From: Patescibacteria group bacterium | Lineage (GTDB): Bacteria; Patescibacteriota; JABMPQ01; JAQVVF01 | Direction: 5' to 3' | Length of the DNA stretch: 64,000 nt | Assembly: GCA_041662665.1 (NCBI GenBank) | Contig: JBAZSC010000001.1 | Span: 1,511 to 65,510, forward strand | Shown: positions 37,738-47,393 of the stretch, in pieces | Numbering within the stretch: the stretch's first letter is position 1 | How the letters are laid out: every line of letters begins with the position of its first letter | Program-made: the position numbers and the translations under genes | The notes under the pieces: generated by a model | Told to the model about the DNA's origin: nothing | The model's database searches: none | The model's input: the letters and a program-made list of their open reading frames with translations, nothing else

Positions 37738-38289
37738 ATGAGTCAAGTCTTAGGAATTGAAGGAAAATATATTTATTTAGACAGTGATTTTTTAAAAGTA
37801 CTTTCAGAAGATATTAATTTTGCTCAAAATATATACAAAATATTAATAAAAAATTATTTAGTTATTGACAATTTAATCAGACTTGAATTTTTAAGGGATA
37901 TATTTATTCCAGAACAAAAAGCTGATAAAGAAAAATTCATTAATAGTAATTTCTTTCAGCAATCTATATTGCATCCTGAAGTATTCACAAAGCAACAGGA
38001 AAATGCACTTTTACTATCAAAAATTTACAAACAGCAAATTAGAAATACTAAAAAGAATACAGCCTGCCATTCTAGTCCTGTAGATTTACTTCTGGCTGCA
38101 AGATTGATGTTGAATTATGTACGAGAACTTTTAATTACTGGCAACAAAAAGGATTTTCCATCGTGTATATTTGATATAATCCATATTTTTCCCTATGAAT
38201 TAAAACAAGGCAATATAATTCCATTTTGTCTGATAAAATTTAATAAAGATAAATTCGATAAATATCATAAAGAATTAAAAGAAATTTAA
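37738..38289 (+). CDS. hypothetical protein, weak PIN-like N-terminal signature (IYLDSDFL)
   Basis: ORF 37720..38289; translationally coupled ATG at 37738; assignment tentative. Confidence 0.35.
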   Translation: MSQVLGIEGKYIYLDSDFLKVLSEDINFAQNIYKILIKNYLVIDNLIRLEFLRDIFIPEQKADKEKFINSNFFQQSILHPEVFTKQQENALLLSKIYKQQIRNTKKNTACHSSPVDLLLAARLMLNYVRELLITGNKKDFPSCIFDIIHIFPYELKQGNIIPFCLIKFNKDKFDKYHKELKEI

Positions 38290-38334
38290 GTAAAACAAAA
38301 ACAGCTTCAAAGCTGTTTTTTAATTTCACAAAAT

Positions 38335-38559
38335 TTACTCAGTTTCAGCGCCATTAATGCAATAGTACAATTTTTTCAATCCATATTGGCTGGCAACTGG
38401 GCATTCTCCGCAAATACAGCCTTGTTTTTTTGGATTGCATTCTGTTTTGCCTACAGCACAGAATAATTTTTGATTTTTTTCTTTCATACAATCAATATAT
38501 GTTGGACAGCCAGTGCAAATGCATTTTGCAAAATTCTCTTTATTGTTCTCTACAATCAT
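38335..38559 (-). CDS. small cysteine-rich protein (multiple CxxC; DUF2769-like)
   Basis: 74 aa; CICTGCPTYIDC...CICGECPV. Confidence 0.45.
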   Translation of the reverse strand: MIVENNKENFAKCICTGCPTYIDCMKEKNQKLFCAVGKTECNPKKQGCICGECPVASQYGLKKLYYCINGAETE

Positions 38560-38584
38560 AATTTATATATTAATTAATAAAAAT

Positions 38585-39703
38585 TTATTTAGTCTGTTTA
38601 ATACAGAAAATATTTCCTTTTGGCTCTCCTTTTTCATTTTTTTCGCCATGTAAATCAGTAAAATATAATCCATCAGGTCCAAACGCCAATCCGCAAGGGC
38701 TAGCTGGACCATTGCCATTATATTGTAAGAAATCAGTGTATGATAAAACATTGTCATTTTCCTTATCAATTTCTAACATTACCATTTTCTTACCTTTAAC
38801 AGTTTTTCCTTCAAAATATGAAGTTCCAAAAAGATTTAAAAACAAAAAATCATTATATTCTTCAGAAAATATATTATCTTGATTAAAAGCCATTGCTGTT
38901 GGTGCTTGAGTTATATACCAATCAAAAATAATATTTTGCCTTATATTATCTGGCCAGCCATAATTTTCGCCTGCCTTTATTCTCATAATCCTATCATTTC
39001 GATCAGGTCCATTATCTGATACATATAATGATTGATTACTTTTTCTAAACGTTCCGCCAAAAGGATTTCTGACGCCTTTGGCAAATACCGGACTTTTTGG
39101 ATTTGGATTATCAGAAGGAATTGAGCCATCAAGATTTAATCTCAAAATTTTTCCTCTCAAATCATTATCATCTTGAGCAACACTTGAGTCTAACATTCCA
39201 TCGCCTAAATTAATGTATAATTTATTGTCAGGACCAATATTCAAAGCTTGAATCTGATGAGCTGCATGAACAGATGGAATATTTTCAATAATAATTTTTG
39301 AACTTTCCATTTTAAATCCGTCAATACTTGTTGTTCTAATTACTCTTGATTTAAATTTTCCATTATCAATATAAGTCATTGATAAAAATAGATCGCCCGT
39401 TTCCTTTTCAATACAAATTCCAGTCAATCCGCACTCGCCTTTTCCAGGAATATCTTCTCTTTGCTGTTTAAAATTCAAAAGATCTTCAGCATAAGTAAAA
39501 ATCTCAAATTTATCATTAAAAACTTTTACTTTGCCATAAAGCTCATTTACATAGCATAATGGCTTGTCTTCTCCTCTTTTTTCTTTTTCGACAAAGGCAA
39601 TATTTACAGGTAAATCAAGATTTGTAGCAACATTTTTAATCTCAAAACCAGCTGTTGTTAACCAGTTTTTTGTTAAACTATTATTCATAAATTTTATTTC
39701 CAA
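38585..39703 (-). CDS. PQQ-dependent sugar (glucose/sorbosone) dehydrogenase-like beta-propeller protein
   Basis: 372 aa; GKILRLNLDGSIPSDNPNP and GLAFGPDGLYFTD blades typical of the sGDH/YliI family. Confidence 0.65.
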   Translation of the reverse strand: MEIKFMNNSLTKNWLTTAGFEIKNVATNLDLPVNIAFVEKEKRGEDKPLCYVNELYGKVKVFNDKFEIFTYAEDLLNFKQQREDIPGKGECGLTGICIEKETGDLFLSMTYIDNGKFKSRVIRTTSIDGFKMESSKIIIENIPSVHAAHQIQALNIGPDNKLYINLGDGMLDSSVAQDDNDLRGKILRLNLDGSIPSDNPNPKSPVFAKGVRNPFGGTFRKSNQSLYVSDNGPDRNDRIMRIKAGENYGWPDNIRQNIIFDWYITQAPTAMAFNQDNIFSEEYNDFLFLNLFGTSYFEGKTVKGKKMVMLEIDKENDNVLSYTDFLQYNGNGPASPCGLAFGPDGLYFTDLHGEKNEKGEPKGNIFCIKQTK

Positions 39704-40182
39704 AAATTGATATAACTTTTTTGTTTTTTAATTATCGGCATTATATATGTATATAGAAGCCAAGCAACAAGCAAAGAAATAATCATACTGGCAATAATAT
39801 CAATTGTATGATGAACTCCTGACAGAACTCTTGAAATTCCAACAAGAACAGTCAGAATCCATAATACAATCCCAACCTTTTTATCATAAAAAATAATTAC
39901 TGAAGCAATCGCAGCTGAAATCAAGGTATGATCAGATGGAAATCCGTTATCTGGAGCATGCGGAATTAATGGCGCAAAATTTCCAACTACAAATGGACGT
40001 TCATTAAAATAAAAAAGACTGATAATCTTGGCAAATACATAAATCAAAGGCAAAGCCATTAAAAAAAAGACGATTAAATCTTTTTGACGCTCTCTCTTTG
40101 AGAATATAATAAAACCTAATGCAATAATTATAATTGCCAAAAATAAATATTTCGCACCAAAAATTATTAATGTATTTATCAT
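39694..40182 (-). CDS. PAP2-family phosphatase (undecaprenyl-diphosphatase/phosphatidic acid phosphatase type)
   Basis: 162 aa; KxxxxxxRP, PSDH and SRVLSGVHHTID motifs. Confidence 0.8.
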   Translation of the reverse strand: MINTLIIFGAKYLFLAIIIIALGFIIFSKRERQKDLIVFFLMALPLIYVFAKIISLFYFNERPFVVGNFAPLIPHAPDNGFPSDHTLISAAIASVIIFYDKKVGIVLWILTVLVGISRVLSGVHHTIDIIASMIISLLVAWLLYTYIMPIIKKQKSYINFWK

Positions 40183-40264
40183 ATTAATTTTAATATACTA
40201 TATTTTTAAAAATAAAAAAATAGCAGAAAGCTATTTAGTTATTTTGAATTTCTAATTTAGTTAT

Positions 40265-40337
40265 TATTTTAAAGGGGTGGCTAAAGGGAATCGAACCCTT
40301 GTAGCTGCTGCCACAGAGCAGTGCTCTGCCATTGAGC
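40265..40337 (-). tRNA. tRNA-His (anticodon GTG) with encoded G-1
   Basis: minus strand g-gtggcta tagctcaatggcagagc...ctGTGgc...ggttcgattccc tagccac c. Confidence 0.8.
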
Positions 40338-40437
40338 TATAGCCACCACATTTCGAATTATAAATTCCAAATGAAAAATGAAAAATTTTTAATTATCGTA
40401 ATTTATAATTTTTCATTTAAAATTTATAATTCGTATC

Positions 40438-40509
40438 TGCCCCCAGCACGAATTGAACGCGCATCTCTCCCTTAGGACGGGATAGCTCTATCCGTTGAGC
40501 TATGGGGGC
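40438..40509 (-). tRNA. tRNA-Arg (anticodon CCT)
   Basis: minus strand gcccccatagctcaacggatagagc...gtCCTaa...gcgcgttcaattcgtgc tgggggca. Confidence 0.75.
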
Positions 40510-40650
40510 CGGATAGAATCTAATCAAATCAACCATAACAATACAATTATATATGAAAAATAACACTTGGTCAATTCATTTTCTTGCCAAAATTAATATA
40601 TTATGCTACTTTACGTTGAACGTTCTTTCACAACCAGAGGGAGGAAAACA

Positions 40651-41352
40651 ATGGCAAGACAACAAGTTTTAGTTGAAGATTTGATTCGTCAAGAAGAGGC
40701 AAGATTTATTGATACAATGGGAGATCTGGAAGCGCAAAGATCAGCAGAAAGAAATGCTGAACAAGAAATCGATAGCGCAATTACAAGAATGCGCGATACA
40801 GTGTCAACTGCTTATCCAAGTATTTCCACTGATGAACTTAATCGGCGTTTGACTGAAACTCGCTTGACTCTTCGTCGCCAAGTCGGACTTGAACCAGCAT
40901 CTTCAAGACAAAGTCAAATACAGCGATCACCTAGCGAAGAAAGCTTTTCAAGCAAAAATATAAATGCCATCATAGTAATGGTTCTTGCTTTACTCGCAAT
41001 TTGTGTAGGTGGCTTACTCTTTGGAGCGTATATCGCTGATGACTGGTTAACAACAACAGATCAGCCAGCTGAAACTGAAAGTGATGTGATTGTCTCCATT
41101 CTTGCAACGCCATTATTTAATAATATTGAAGCAGATATAACAATCGCTGTAGATAGAGATGTCGATGAGGTTATTCTTTACCGTAATACAAGCGTAGTCA
41201 ATAAATGGAACAAAGGAACTATTTTTAGTAGCCGTGAAGTTCATACAAGCGGCACCTATGTCTATTTCGCCGAAGTGTTCAAGGACAACAGAAAGACTAC
41301 CAGCAATCAAGTCCAGGTAGTCTACGGACAACCAAAAGAGGAGGCAAAGTAA
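40651..41352 (+). CDS. hypothetical membrane-anchored protein
   Basis: ORF 40603..41352 trimmed to MARQQ after AGAGGGAGGAAAACA RBS; one TM helix mid-protein. Confidence 0.45.
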   Translation: MARQQVLVEDLIRQEEARFIDTMGDLEAQRSAERNAEQEIDSAITRMRDTVSTAYPSISTDELNRRLTETRLTLRRQVGLEPASSRQSQIQRSPSEESFSSKNINAIIVMVLALLAICVGGLLFGAYIADDWLTTTDQPAETESDVIVSILATPLFNNIEADITIAVDRDVDEVILYRNTSVVNKWNKGTIFSSREVHTSGTYVYFAEVFKDNRKTTSNQVQVVYGQPKEEAK

Positions 41353-41353
41353 A

Positions 41354-43270
41354 ATGACGTTTCTCTGGGCTTTGATCGTAAGTTTGTTTGGCGCACAGAG
41401 CCTTGTAATTGACAATCGAAAGACAAGCTACATTTTCCACGCAGTCATTCGTTGCGTTGTTTACTTGGTTTTGATATGGCTCATCCAGTATAAAGTTTTG
41501 ATCACTTTTGATGGCATCAGAACATTTACGGTAATTCTATGTCTGTTTTTGATCAGCAACGGCTATGATCTATTTATCAATAGTGATTGTGGTGATGGAG
41601 AAGTCAGTAATTCAGGACTTGTAACAATGGTTATCGGAATTCTAGTCTTAATTGCTCTGCCAATTTGTACTAGCGATTGTGGCCATGCAGACACGCTTTA
41701 CCAAAAAGCAGCTTCAATGCAAGTTGATGCAAGCAAGTTCAATCAAAATCCAGTTGATGAAAATCATATTCGAGTTGTGCCAAGAGAAACAGCTTTGAGA
41801 ATTGCTCGTGAAAAGATTTCTTCAAGCGGTCAAAACTATGGCGCCTATTACCAGTTTGAAGATGCGACAATGACTATTCAGAAGGTTAATGACAGATTGT
41901 ATTGGGTCGCGCCAATGGAATTTGGCGGATTCTTCAAATCAATGAATGCAGGAAAAACATCACCAGGCTACATCATGATTTCAGCTGAAGATGAGACAGA
42001 AAAGCCTCGATTGATTACCAAAAAAGCTGACAAATCAGAAATGAAAATGCTATATCTAATGTCAGCATATTTTGGGAACGCGCTAGATAGATATTTGTAT
42101 AATGAGCATCCAGATTGGTACCTCGCTGATTTCTCGTTTGAAATTGATGAGCAGTTGAATCCATGGCAAGTGGTTACAGTTCTTGATTGTTTCAAGGGTT
42201 ACGATTATTACACTATAAAGGGTGTCTTGGTTGTCAATCCGGAAACAGGTGCAGAGAAATTCTACAAAGTAAATGATATTCCAAACTGGGTTGATCGAGC
42301 TGTACCTCAAGAATTGGCAATTGATTATTTCAAATGGTGGGGCACTTACAAGCATGGTTGGATGAACAATGTGAATGCCAATCCAGACTTGAAAAAGCCA
42401 ACAGAAATTGGTGAAAAGAGCGCTGTTGAAATGGTTTGGGGATCTGACGGTGAGCCGTATTGGTTCACAGGCTTTACCTCAATGAATGACAATGATCAAT
42501 CGCTAGTCGGCAAAGCTTTCATGGATTCAAGGACTGGCAAGTTCTTCTTTCTTCCTGCAAGTGGTGCAACTGAAGAGCGAATTGAAAGCGATATCTTGGC
42601 AGCACTTGGCAAGCAAGTTGTTGAGCAATCACCAACTGAGCCTATTCCTTACAATATGTATGGTCAGCCAAACTGCTGGGTTGCACAAGTGATTTCAATG
42701 TCAGGAAAGAGTCATTCCGGAGGAGCTCTTGTTAAAATTGCAATCGTAAATGGTGATACATCTTCACCACCAATTCTGGCTGATAGCAAAAAGGAAGCAC
42801 TGACACTATTCAAAAAGACTTTGTCACAACGAGGAATTCAGGCAACAGTCAGTGACACAAGCGAAGTCAAAGAATACAAGGGTAAGATTGACCGCCTTAG
42901 CATTATCCCGCAAGAAAAATCAACCAGCATTCGCTTCAGTCTCGAAGGAATGCCATTGGAATTTGCTTGTGATGTCATGAAGTCTGATCAAAGCAAGACA
43001 TCTTTGACACTAGCCAAGCCTGGTGATGTTGTCAGTGTCAAATACTTTGAAACCAAAGAGCGAGTCGTGACAGTTGATGATTACACAGTAGAAGGACAAT
43101 CCCCAATTATCTCGCCAAATCAAGAAAGATCTGACGAAATGATGAGACAACAAGAAGAGTTAGAGCAAGAGCAAGATCCACATAGAGTTCTTCCAGGCCT
43201 AGAGGGACTAGAAGAAATAGTCAATCCAAATAGTAGAAAGCCAGATTGGCGAGGTCTTATTCTCTACTAA
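41354..43270 (+). CDS. large hypothetical protein with N-terminal TM helices (638 aa), translationally coupled to upstream gene
   Basis: GAGGAGGCAAAG RBS inside the end of the upstream gene; ATG 1 nt after its stop; no family recognised. Confidence 0.5.
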   Translation: MTFLWALIVSLFGAQSLVIDNRKTSYIFHAVIRCVVYLVLIWLIQYKVLITFDGIRTFTVILCLFLISNGYDLFINSDCGDGEVSNSGLVTMVIGILVLIALPICTSDCGHADTLYQKAASMQVDASKFNQNPVDENHIRVVPRETALRIAREKISSSGQNYGAYYQFEDATMTIQKVNDRLYWVAPMEFGGFFKSMNAGKTSPGYIMISAEDETEKPRLITKKADKSEMKMLYLMSAYFGNALDRYLYNEHPDWYLADFSFEIDEQLNPWQVVTVLDCFKGYDYYTIKGVLVVNPETGAEKFYKVNDIPNWVDRAVPQELAIDYFKWWGTYKHGWMNNVNANPDLKKPTEIGEKSAVEMVWGSDGEPYWFTGFTSMNDNDQSLVGKAFMDSRTGKFFFLPASGATEERIESDILAALGKQVVEQSPTEPIPYNMYGQPNCWVAQVISMSGKSHSGGALVKIAIVNGDTSSPPILADSKKEALTLFKKTLSQRGIQATVSDTSEVKEYKGKIDRLSIIPQEKSTSIRFSLEGMPLEFACDVMKSDQSKTSLTLAKPGDVVSVKYFETKERVVTVDDYTVEGQSPIISPNQERSDEMMRQQEELEQEQDPHRVLPGLEGLEEIVNPNSRKPDWRGLILY

Positions 43271-43296
43271 TATTTAATATCTTTGTACCTTATTTA

Positions 43297-43318
43297 ACCG
43301 CAATCGCGGTTTTTTTAT
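43297..43318 (+). terminator. rho-independent terminator
   Basis: accgcaatcgcggt hairpin + tttttttatttt. Confidence 0.6.
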
Positions 43319-43320
43319 TT

Positions 43321-43400
43321 TCAGAGCGTCAGAACGTCAGACCGTAGGACCGTCAGACCGTCTGAGCTTCGGAACGTCGGAACGTCAGATCGTCAGACAT
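43321..43400. repeat. GC-rich word repeat (cgtcagaacgtcagaccgtaggaccgtcagaccgtc...)
   Basis: same family as 16402-16548; complementary arms at 43545-43600, 43755-43850 and 43895-43950. Confidence 0.55.
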
Positions 43401-43732
43401 TAGAACTTAAAATTTATAAGTTTAAAAGTTTAGATTTTGGATTGCTTAGCCTCGAAATATTAAAGATTAAAGCTGTCGGAACTCTCCGACTAATTTTCTA
43501 TAGTCCAGCCCTCAAACAAGATACTCCGAAATCCGACGTTCTCACATTCTGATTTCCTACGCTCCGAAGCTCCTACGCTCTGTTCTTATCCTGTGCATAA
43601 CTATAGGATAACCTGTGTTTTAGTGCCTTTTAGCTGTTGGCAATTTAATTGAATAAGTGTTACAATTATGTCGGAAGTGTCGGACATTTCCGACAGTAGC
43701 TTAAATAAGGCAAAAAGTCTGTTTCTGCTCAA

Positions 43733-43752
43733 AATGTTCCACGTGGAACATT
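43733..43752. promoter_or_regulatory. perfect 20-bp palindrome AATGTTCCACGTGGAACATT (operator-like site 1)
   Basis: read directly; a 24-bp perfect version recurs at 44771-44794 on the other side of the TrmB-family gene. Confidence 0.6.
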
Positions 43753-43951
43753 CGTGGAGCGTCGGAACGTCAGAACGTAAGAGCGTCAGATCGTCAGTTC
43801 GTCGGACGGTCGGACCGTCGGACCGTCGGAAAATCCTAACTCAGGATTATAATCCAATGCCTAGAAATTCCACGTCCAACGCTCAAACATTCATACGATC
43901 TTCCGTTCTGACGTTCCGACGCTCCGACGCTCCGACGCTCATCACACAAAT

Positions 43952-44701
43952 ATGGACATCCGCGAATCGTTACAACAATTTGGTCTAAAACTCAGCGAGT
44001 CAAATCTTTACCTCGCTGGTTTAAAGTTGGGCAAAGCAACAGTTAATGCCCTGTCAAAAGAAGCCAATGTAAAAAGAACAACAGCTTATGACAGTTTAGA
44101 GAAGCTAAAAAAAATCAAACTTACAAAAGAGTACAAAAAGGGGAGATCTACAATCTATGAAATGAGTTCTCCTGAAAGTCTTCGCGATACATTAAAAATG
44201 CAAAGAGAAAAATTAATAGAACAAGAAGTCCTACTCACCGACCTTATTCCTAATATCAATGACTTTTTGAAATCAGAAACAAAGGTTGAAAATATTAAAA
44301 AGTGTGATAAGATTGAAGACATCAAGCAGATTTTGTTCGATCTTTTCTTATCTAAAGACAAATTGCTAATCATGGGATCCGACAAATACTTAAGCGAATA
44401 TTTAGATAAAATGAAATTCCTAGATAAATTTTTAAGTCAAAGAATCTCTAAGAACAACAATATCTATATCGTTACTGATGCAAAAGACATTGTTACTGGT
44501 AAATACCCTGCTGATCAATCATCTCCTCATTACAAATTTACGCCTAATCAGATTGACTTCAAATCATTAATTTTAATTTCGGGAAATCGTTTCTTGCAAA
44601 TTCATTTCAACGCAAAAGTTACAGCACTATATATAGAAGACAAACATTTTATTTCAGCAATGAGATATTTCTTTCAATTCTTGTGGAATTCATTGAAATA
44701 G
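43952..44701 (+). CDS. TrmB-family transcriptional regulator
   Basis: 249 aa; N-terminal winged-HTH GLKLSESNLYLAGLKLGKATVNALSKEANVKRTTAYDSLEKL matches the TrmB HTH pattern. Confidence 0.6.
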   Translation: MDIRESLQQFGLKLSESNLYLAGLKLGKATVNALSKEANVKRTTAYDSLEKLKKIKLTKEYKKGRSTIYEMSSPESLRDTLKMQREKLIEQEVLLTDLIPNINDFLKSETKVENIKKCDKIEDIKQILFDLFLSKDKLLIMGSDKYLSEYLDKMKFLDKFLSQRISKNNNIYIVTDAKDIVTGKYPADQSSPHYKFTPNQIDFKSLILISGNRFLQIHFNAKVTALYIEDKHFISAMRYFFQFLWNSLK

Positions 44702-44745
44702 AAGCAGATCTGGCGCTGATTTCGAACGCAGATGCGACGCTGATA
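44699..44745. repeat. 3'-end-associated GCTGAT-word element beginning at the regulator's TAG stop
   Basis: tagaagcagatctggcgctgatttcgaacgcagatgcgacgctgataac; same family as the repeats at the 3' ends of trmL and NUDIX genes. Confidence 0.5.
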
Positions 44746-44770
44746 ACTCTAAATTTAGTTTTGCGAGTAT

Positions 44771-44794
44771 AAAATGTTCCACGTGGAACATTTT
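44771..44794. promoter_or_regulatory. perfect 24-bp palindrome AAAATGTTCCACGTGGAACATTTT (operator-like site 2)
   Basis: read directly; preceded by TATAAA; followed by acgtgggaa x2. Confidence 0.6.
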
Positions 44795-44871
44795 GGGAAC
44801 GTGGGAAATGAGAGATGAGAAATGGGAAGTTGTTCCCACATCCCACTTCTCACGTTCACGCTTCACATTTT

Positions 44872-44942
44872 CGGGACATAGTATACCGGTAGTACGCGTC
44901 CTTCGGGAGGATGTAGACTGAGTTCGATTCTCAGTGTCCCGA
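44872..44942 (+). tRNA. tRNA-Pro (anticodon CGG)
   Basis: cgggaca tagtataccggtagtac...ttCGGga...gagttcgattctc tgtcccg a. Confidence 0.8.
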
Positions 44943-45070
44943 TAATCGAATAACAAAATAACAAAATTCTAAATAACAAAATTGCCGACGTCGTAATTTA
45001 GTTATTTAGCATTTAGCCCGCCTGCATCGCTATGCGAAGCATTGCGGGCAGGTTATTTATAATTCACGCT

Positions 45071-45141
45071 GGGCCTATATTATAGTGGTAATATATCGCA
45101 TTCGCATTGCGGGGACGCGAGTTCGATTCTCGCTAGGTCCA
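45071..45141 (+). tRNA. tRNA-Ala (anticodon CGC), AT-rich D-arm
   Basis: gggccta...tcgca ttCGCat tgcgg...gcgagttcgattctcgc taggtcc a; G3:U70 present. Confidence 0.7.
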
Positions 45142-45224
45142 AATCAACTTTTAACAATTAACAGTTAACATTTAACAATCGCAAAAAGTGTTAATTGTTA
45201 AAAGTTAATGGTTAAATGTTAAAA

Positions 45225-45296
45225 GGGCAATTAGCTCAGTGGTAGAGCGTTCCGTTCACATCGGAGAGGCCAGTGGTTCGATACCACTATTGCCCA
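45225..45296 (+). tRNA. tRNA-Val (anticodon CAC)
   Basis: gggcaattagctcagtggtagagc...ttCACat...gtggttcgataccac attgccc a. Confidence 0.85.
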
Positions 45297-45363
45297 TTCA
45301 AAATAATTTTCAATTACCAATTTACAATAAATTTCCAATATTTAATTTTCAATATAAAACAAA

Positions 45364-46815
45364 ATGTTCAAAAAAATCATCAAGAATTCATATTTATACT
45401 TATTTTACGCCTTTCTATTTACAATTCCTTTTCAAAAGCGTCATATATTCAATTTAGCGACTGCAAAAATAGGTGATATCTTTGTTGAATGGCAAACAAT
45501 CACTATTTATGCGTCAGATATTTTGTTTGCATTATGCTTGATTTTTTGGGTAATTAATTTAATTCTTGTCAAAACAAAAAAGCAAGAAAATCACCCTACG
45601 GGTGACCACTCGAAGGGTGGCAATAAAACAAACCCTTTCATATTCATATTGCCGATAGCAATCTTCTTTTTCAGCTTAATAAGTGTTTTTGTCAACTATA
45701 ATAACTATTTAGATCACAATGTTGCGATCTTCAGAATGATCAAGCTAGCAGAATTCATTCTGCTTATTATTTTTATAATCTTAAATTTAAACACAAAAAA
45801 GAGGCTTATTTCAGCCATTTATGTTCTAATTACATCAGGTGTGTTATCTTCAATCTTAGTCATTATTCAGTATTTAAAACAACAGACTCTAGGATTAACA
45901 ATATTAGGCGAGCCATTAGTATTACCAGTACTTCAAAATGTTGCCAAAATAGTCCTAGACAATGGCAATGTGATTATGCGAGCTTATGGCACTTTTCCAC
46001 ATCCGAATGTTCTAGCAGGCTTTTTGCTAGCAAGTATGGTAATTCTGATAGGATTAATGATTTATCAGCTCAATAATTATGGCTTAGATAAGCCAAAATA
46101 TAGAATATTGACAATTTTGCTAAGTTTTGGTCTAATTTTAGAATTCATTGCTTTCATCTTTACATTTTCAAGAACAGCTTGGATTGCCTTTGTTATAGCT
46201 TTAGCAATCTTAGTTATTAGTTTAAGAAAGAAAATAGTCATTGCTCTAAATAATATCAAAACAAACAGCTTTTATCACCCATTTATCATTATAATTTTGG
46301 CAATTATATTCATCATTGTTGCGCAATGGCCACAAATTACTGCACGAGCAGCAATCGCTGATCAAAATGGCGACAAAGCTGTTTCAAATCGCGCTTTTTA
46401 CAATCAGATTTCATTTAACATGATTAAGTCTCATCCATTTTTTGGAATTGGCTACAATAACTTCACTAGCCAAATGTCAAAATATACAAATCAAAAAATT
46501 GAATGGTGGCAATACCAGCCGGCACACAATATCTATTTGCTGATTTTTGCAGAATCTGGAATTTTCAGTTTGTTGTCATTTTTAGGGCTAATTATTGTTA
46601 TTAGTTATCAGTTATCCGCCTTTGCTTTCGCTTCGGCGGACAAGCAAGTTAACAGTTCGATATTTAATTTTGTTTGTTTTAGTATTCTCGTTGCTTTTCT
46701 TTTTATCGCATTATTCGATCATTATTTATGGACGATTCAACAAGGTCAACTATTATTTTGGCTGGTACTTGGTTTAACAGCAACAAAAATTAATCAACAA
46801 AAAATCGAGAAATAA
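45364..46815 (+). CDS. O-antigen ligase/polymerase-family (Wzy_C-type) polytopic membrane protein
   Basis: 483 aa; ~10 TM helices; HPFFGIGYNNF...AHNIYL...ESG motif typical of O-antigen ligase domain. Confidence 0.65.
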   Translation: MFKKIIKNSYLYLFYAFLFTIPFQKRHIFNLATAKIGDIFVEWQTITIYASDILFALCLIFWVINLILVKTKKQENHPTGDHSKGGNKTNPFIFILPIAIFFFSLISVFVNYNNYLDHNVAIFRMIKLAEFILLIIFIILNLNTKKRLISAIYVLITSGVLSSILVIIQYLKQQTLGLTILGEPLVLPVLQNVAKIVLDNGNVIMRAYGTFPHPNVLAGFLLASMVILIGLMIYQLNNYGLDKPKYRILTILLSFGLILEFIAFIFTFSRTAWIAFVIALAILVISLRKKIVIALNNIKTNSFYHPFIIIILAIIFIIVAQWPQITARAAIADQNGDKAVSNRAFYNQISFNMIKSHPFFGIGYNNFTSQMSKYTNQKIEWWQYQPAHNIYLLIFAESGIFSLLSFLGLIIVISYQLSAFAFASADKQVNSSIFNFVCFSILVAFLFIALFDHYLWTIQQGQLLFWLVLGLTATKINQQKIEK

Positions 46816-46844
46816 TCTCGATTTTTTTAAATTAATTTTTATAA

Positions 46845-47144
46845 TTATTTTACAATTCCATTTAGCATGTTGCTAGCAATATTTCCTAAGAAATTTGTAC
46901 TTAGATCATAATAATACATTGCAACAGAGATTCCAATCAAAACAAGAGTCAAAATAATCAAATTTCTTAAATCTTTGTTAATGTAACTTGTCTTAAGGGA
47001 CAAAGAATTTGTTTCAGCACTTGTTTTATCGCCATTTAAAATAGCAGTATAAGATTCTTTTTCAGATTTTTGATTTTTGTACAAATTCTTAATGTAATCA
47101 AGATTCTTTTGTCTTCTTTCTTCTTTCTTATTATTCTTTGACAT
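46845..47144 (-). CDS. hypothetical small protein (basic N-terminus, one TM helix)
   Basis: 99 aa. Confidence 0.4.
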   Translation of the reverse strand: MSKNNKKEERRQKNLDYIKNLYKNQKSEKESYTAILNGDKTSAETNSLSLKTSYINKDLRNLIILTLVLIGISVAMYYYDLSTNFLGNIASNMLNGIVK

Positions 47145-47393
47145 AAAATTAGATTAATTTATTTAAAGATATAATAGCAACAATTAAAAATAATTTCTAT
47201 AGAAAAACAAAAAGCCCAGGAAAAACCTGGGCAATTTGTTTAGAATGGAAAGAGCAAATATTATTTCAAATCTAATTATATTGAAAAATAAAAATTAGTC
47301 AAGATAATTATCAACAGCAAAAAATTTTAAAATTTTAAAAAAGCATGCTATATTAAATTAACAAAATTATTTACTAATTATTTAATAAAAAAC

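Noticed and set aside
43560-43600. DnaA boxes / origin of replication (cTTATCCtgtg ... tataGGATAAcc)
   Set aside because: Only 6-7/9 matches to TTATCCACA. There are just two convergent copies and no dnaA/dnaN nearby. It is more likely a short inverted repeat (ttatcc/ggataa) of the word type common in this genome.
43668-43988. 106-aa plus-strand ORF spanning the repeat-rich intergenic region upstream of the TrmB-like gene
   Set aside because: It runs straight through GC-rich word repeats and both arms of a palindrome. It has no RBS. Its 3' end (stop at 43988) overlaps the start of the RBS-less but well-formed regulator gene (43952), in another frame.
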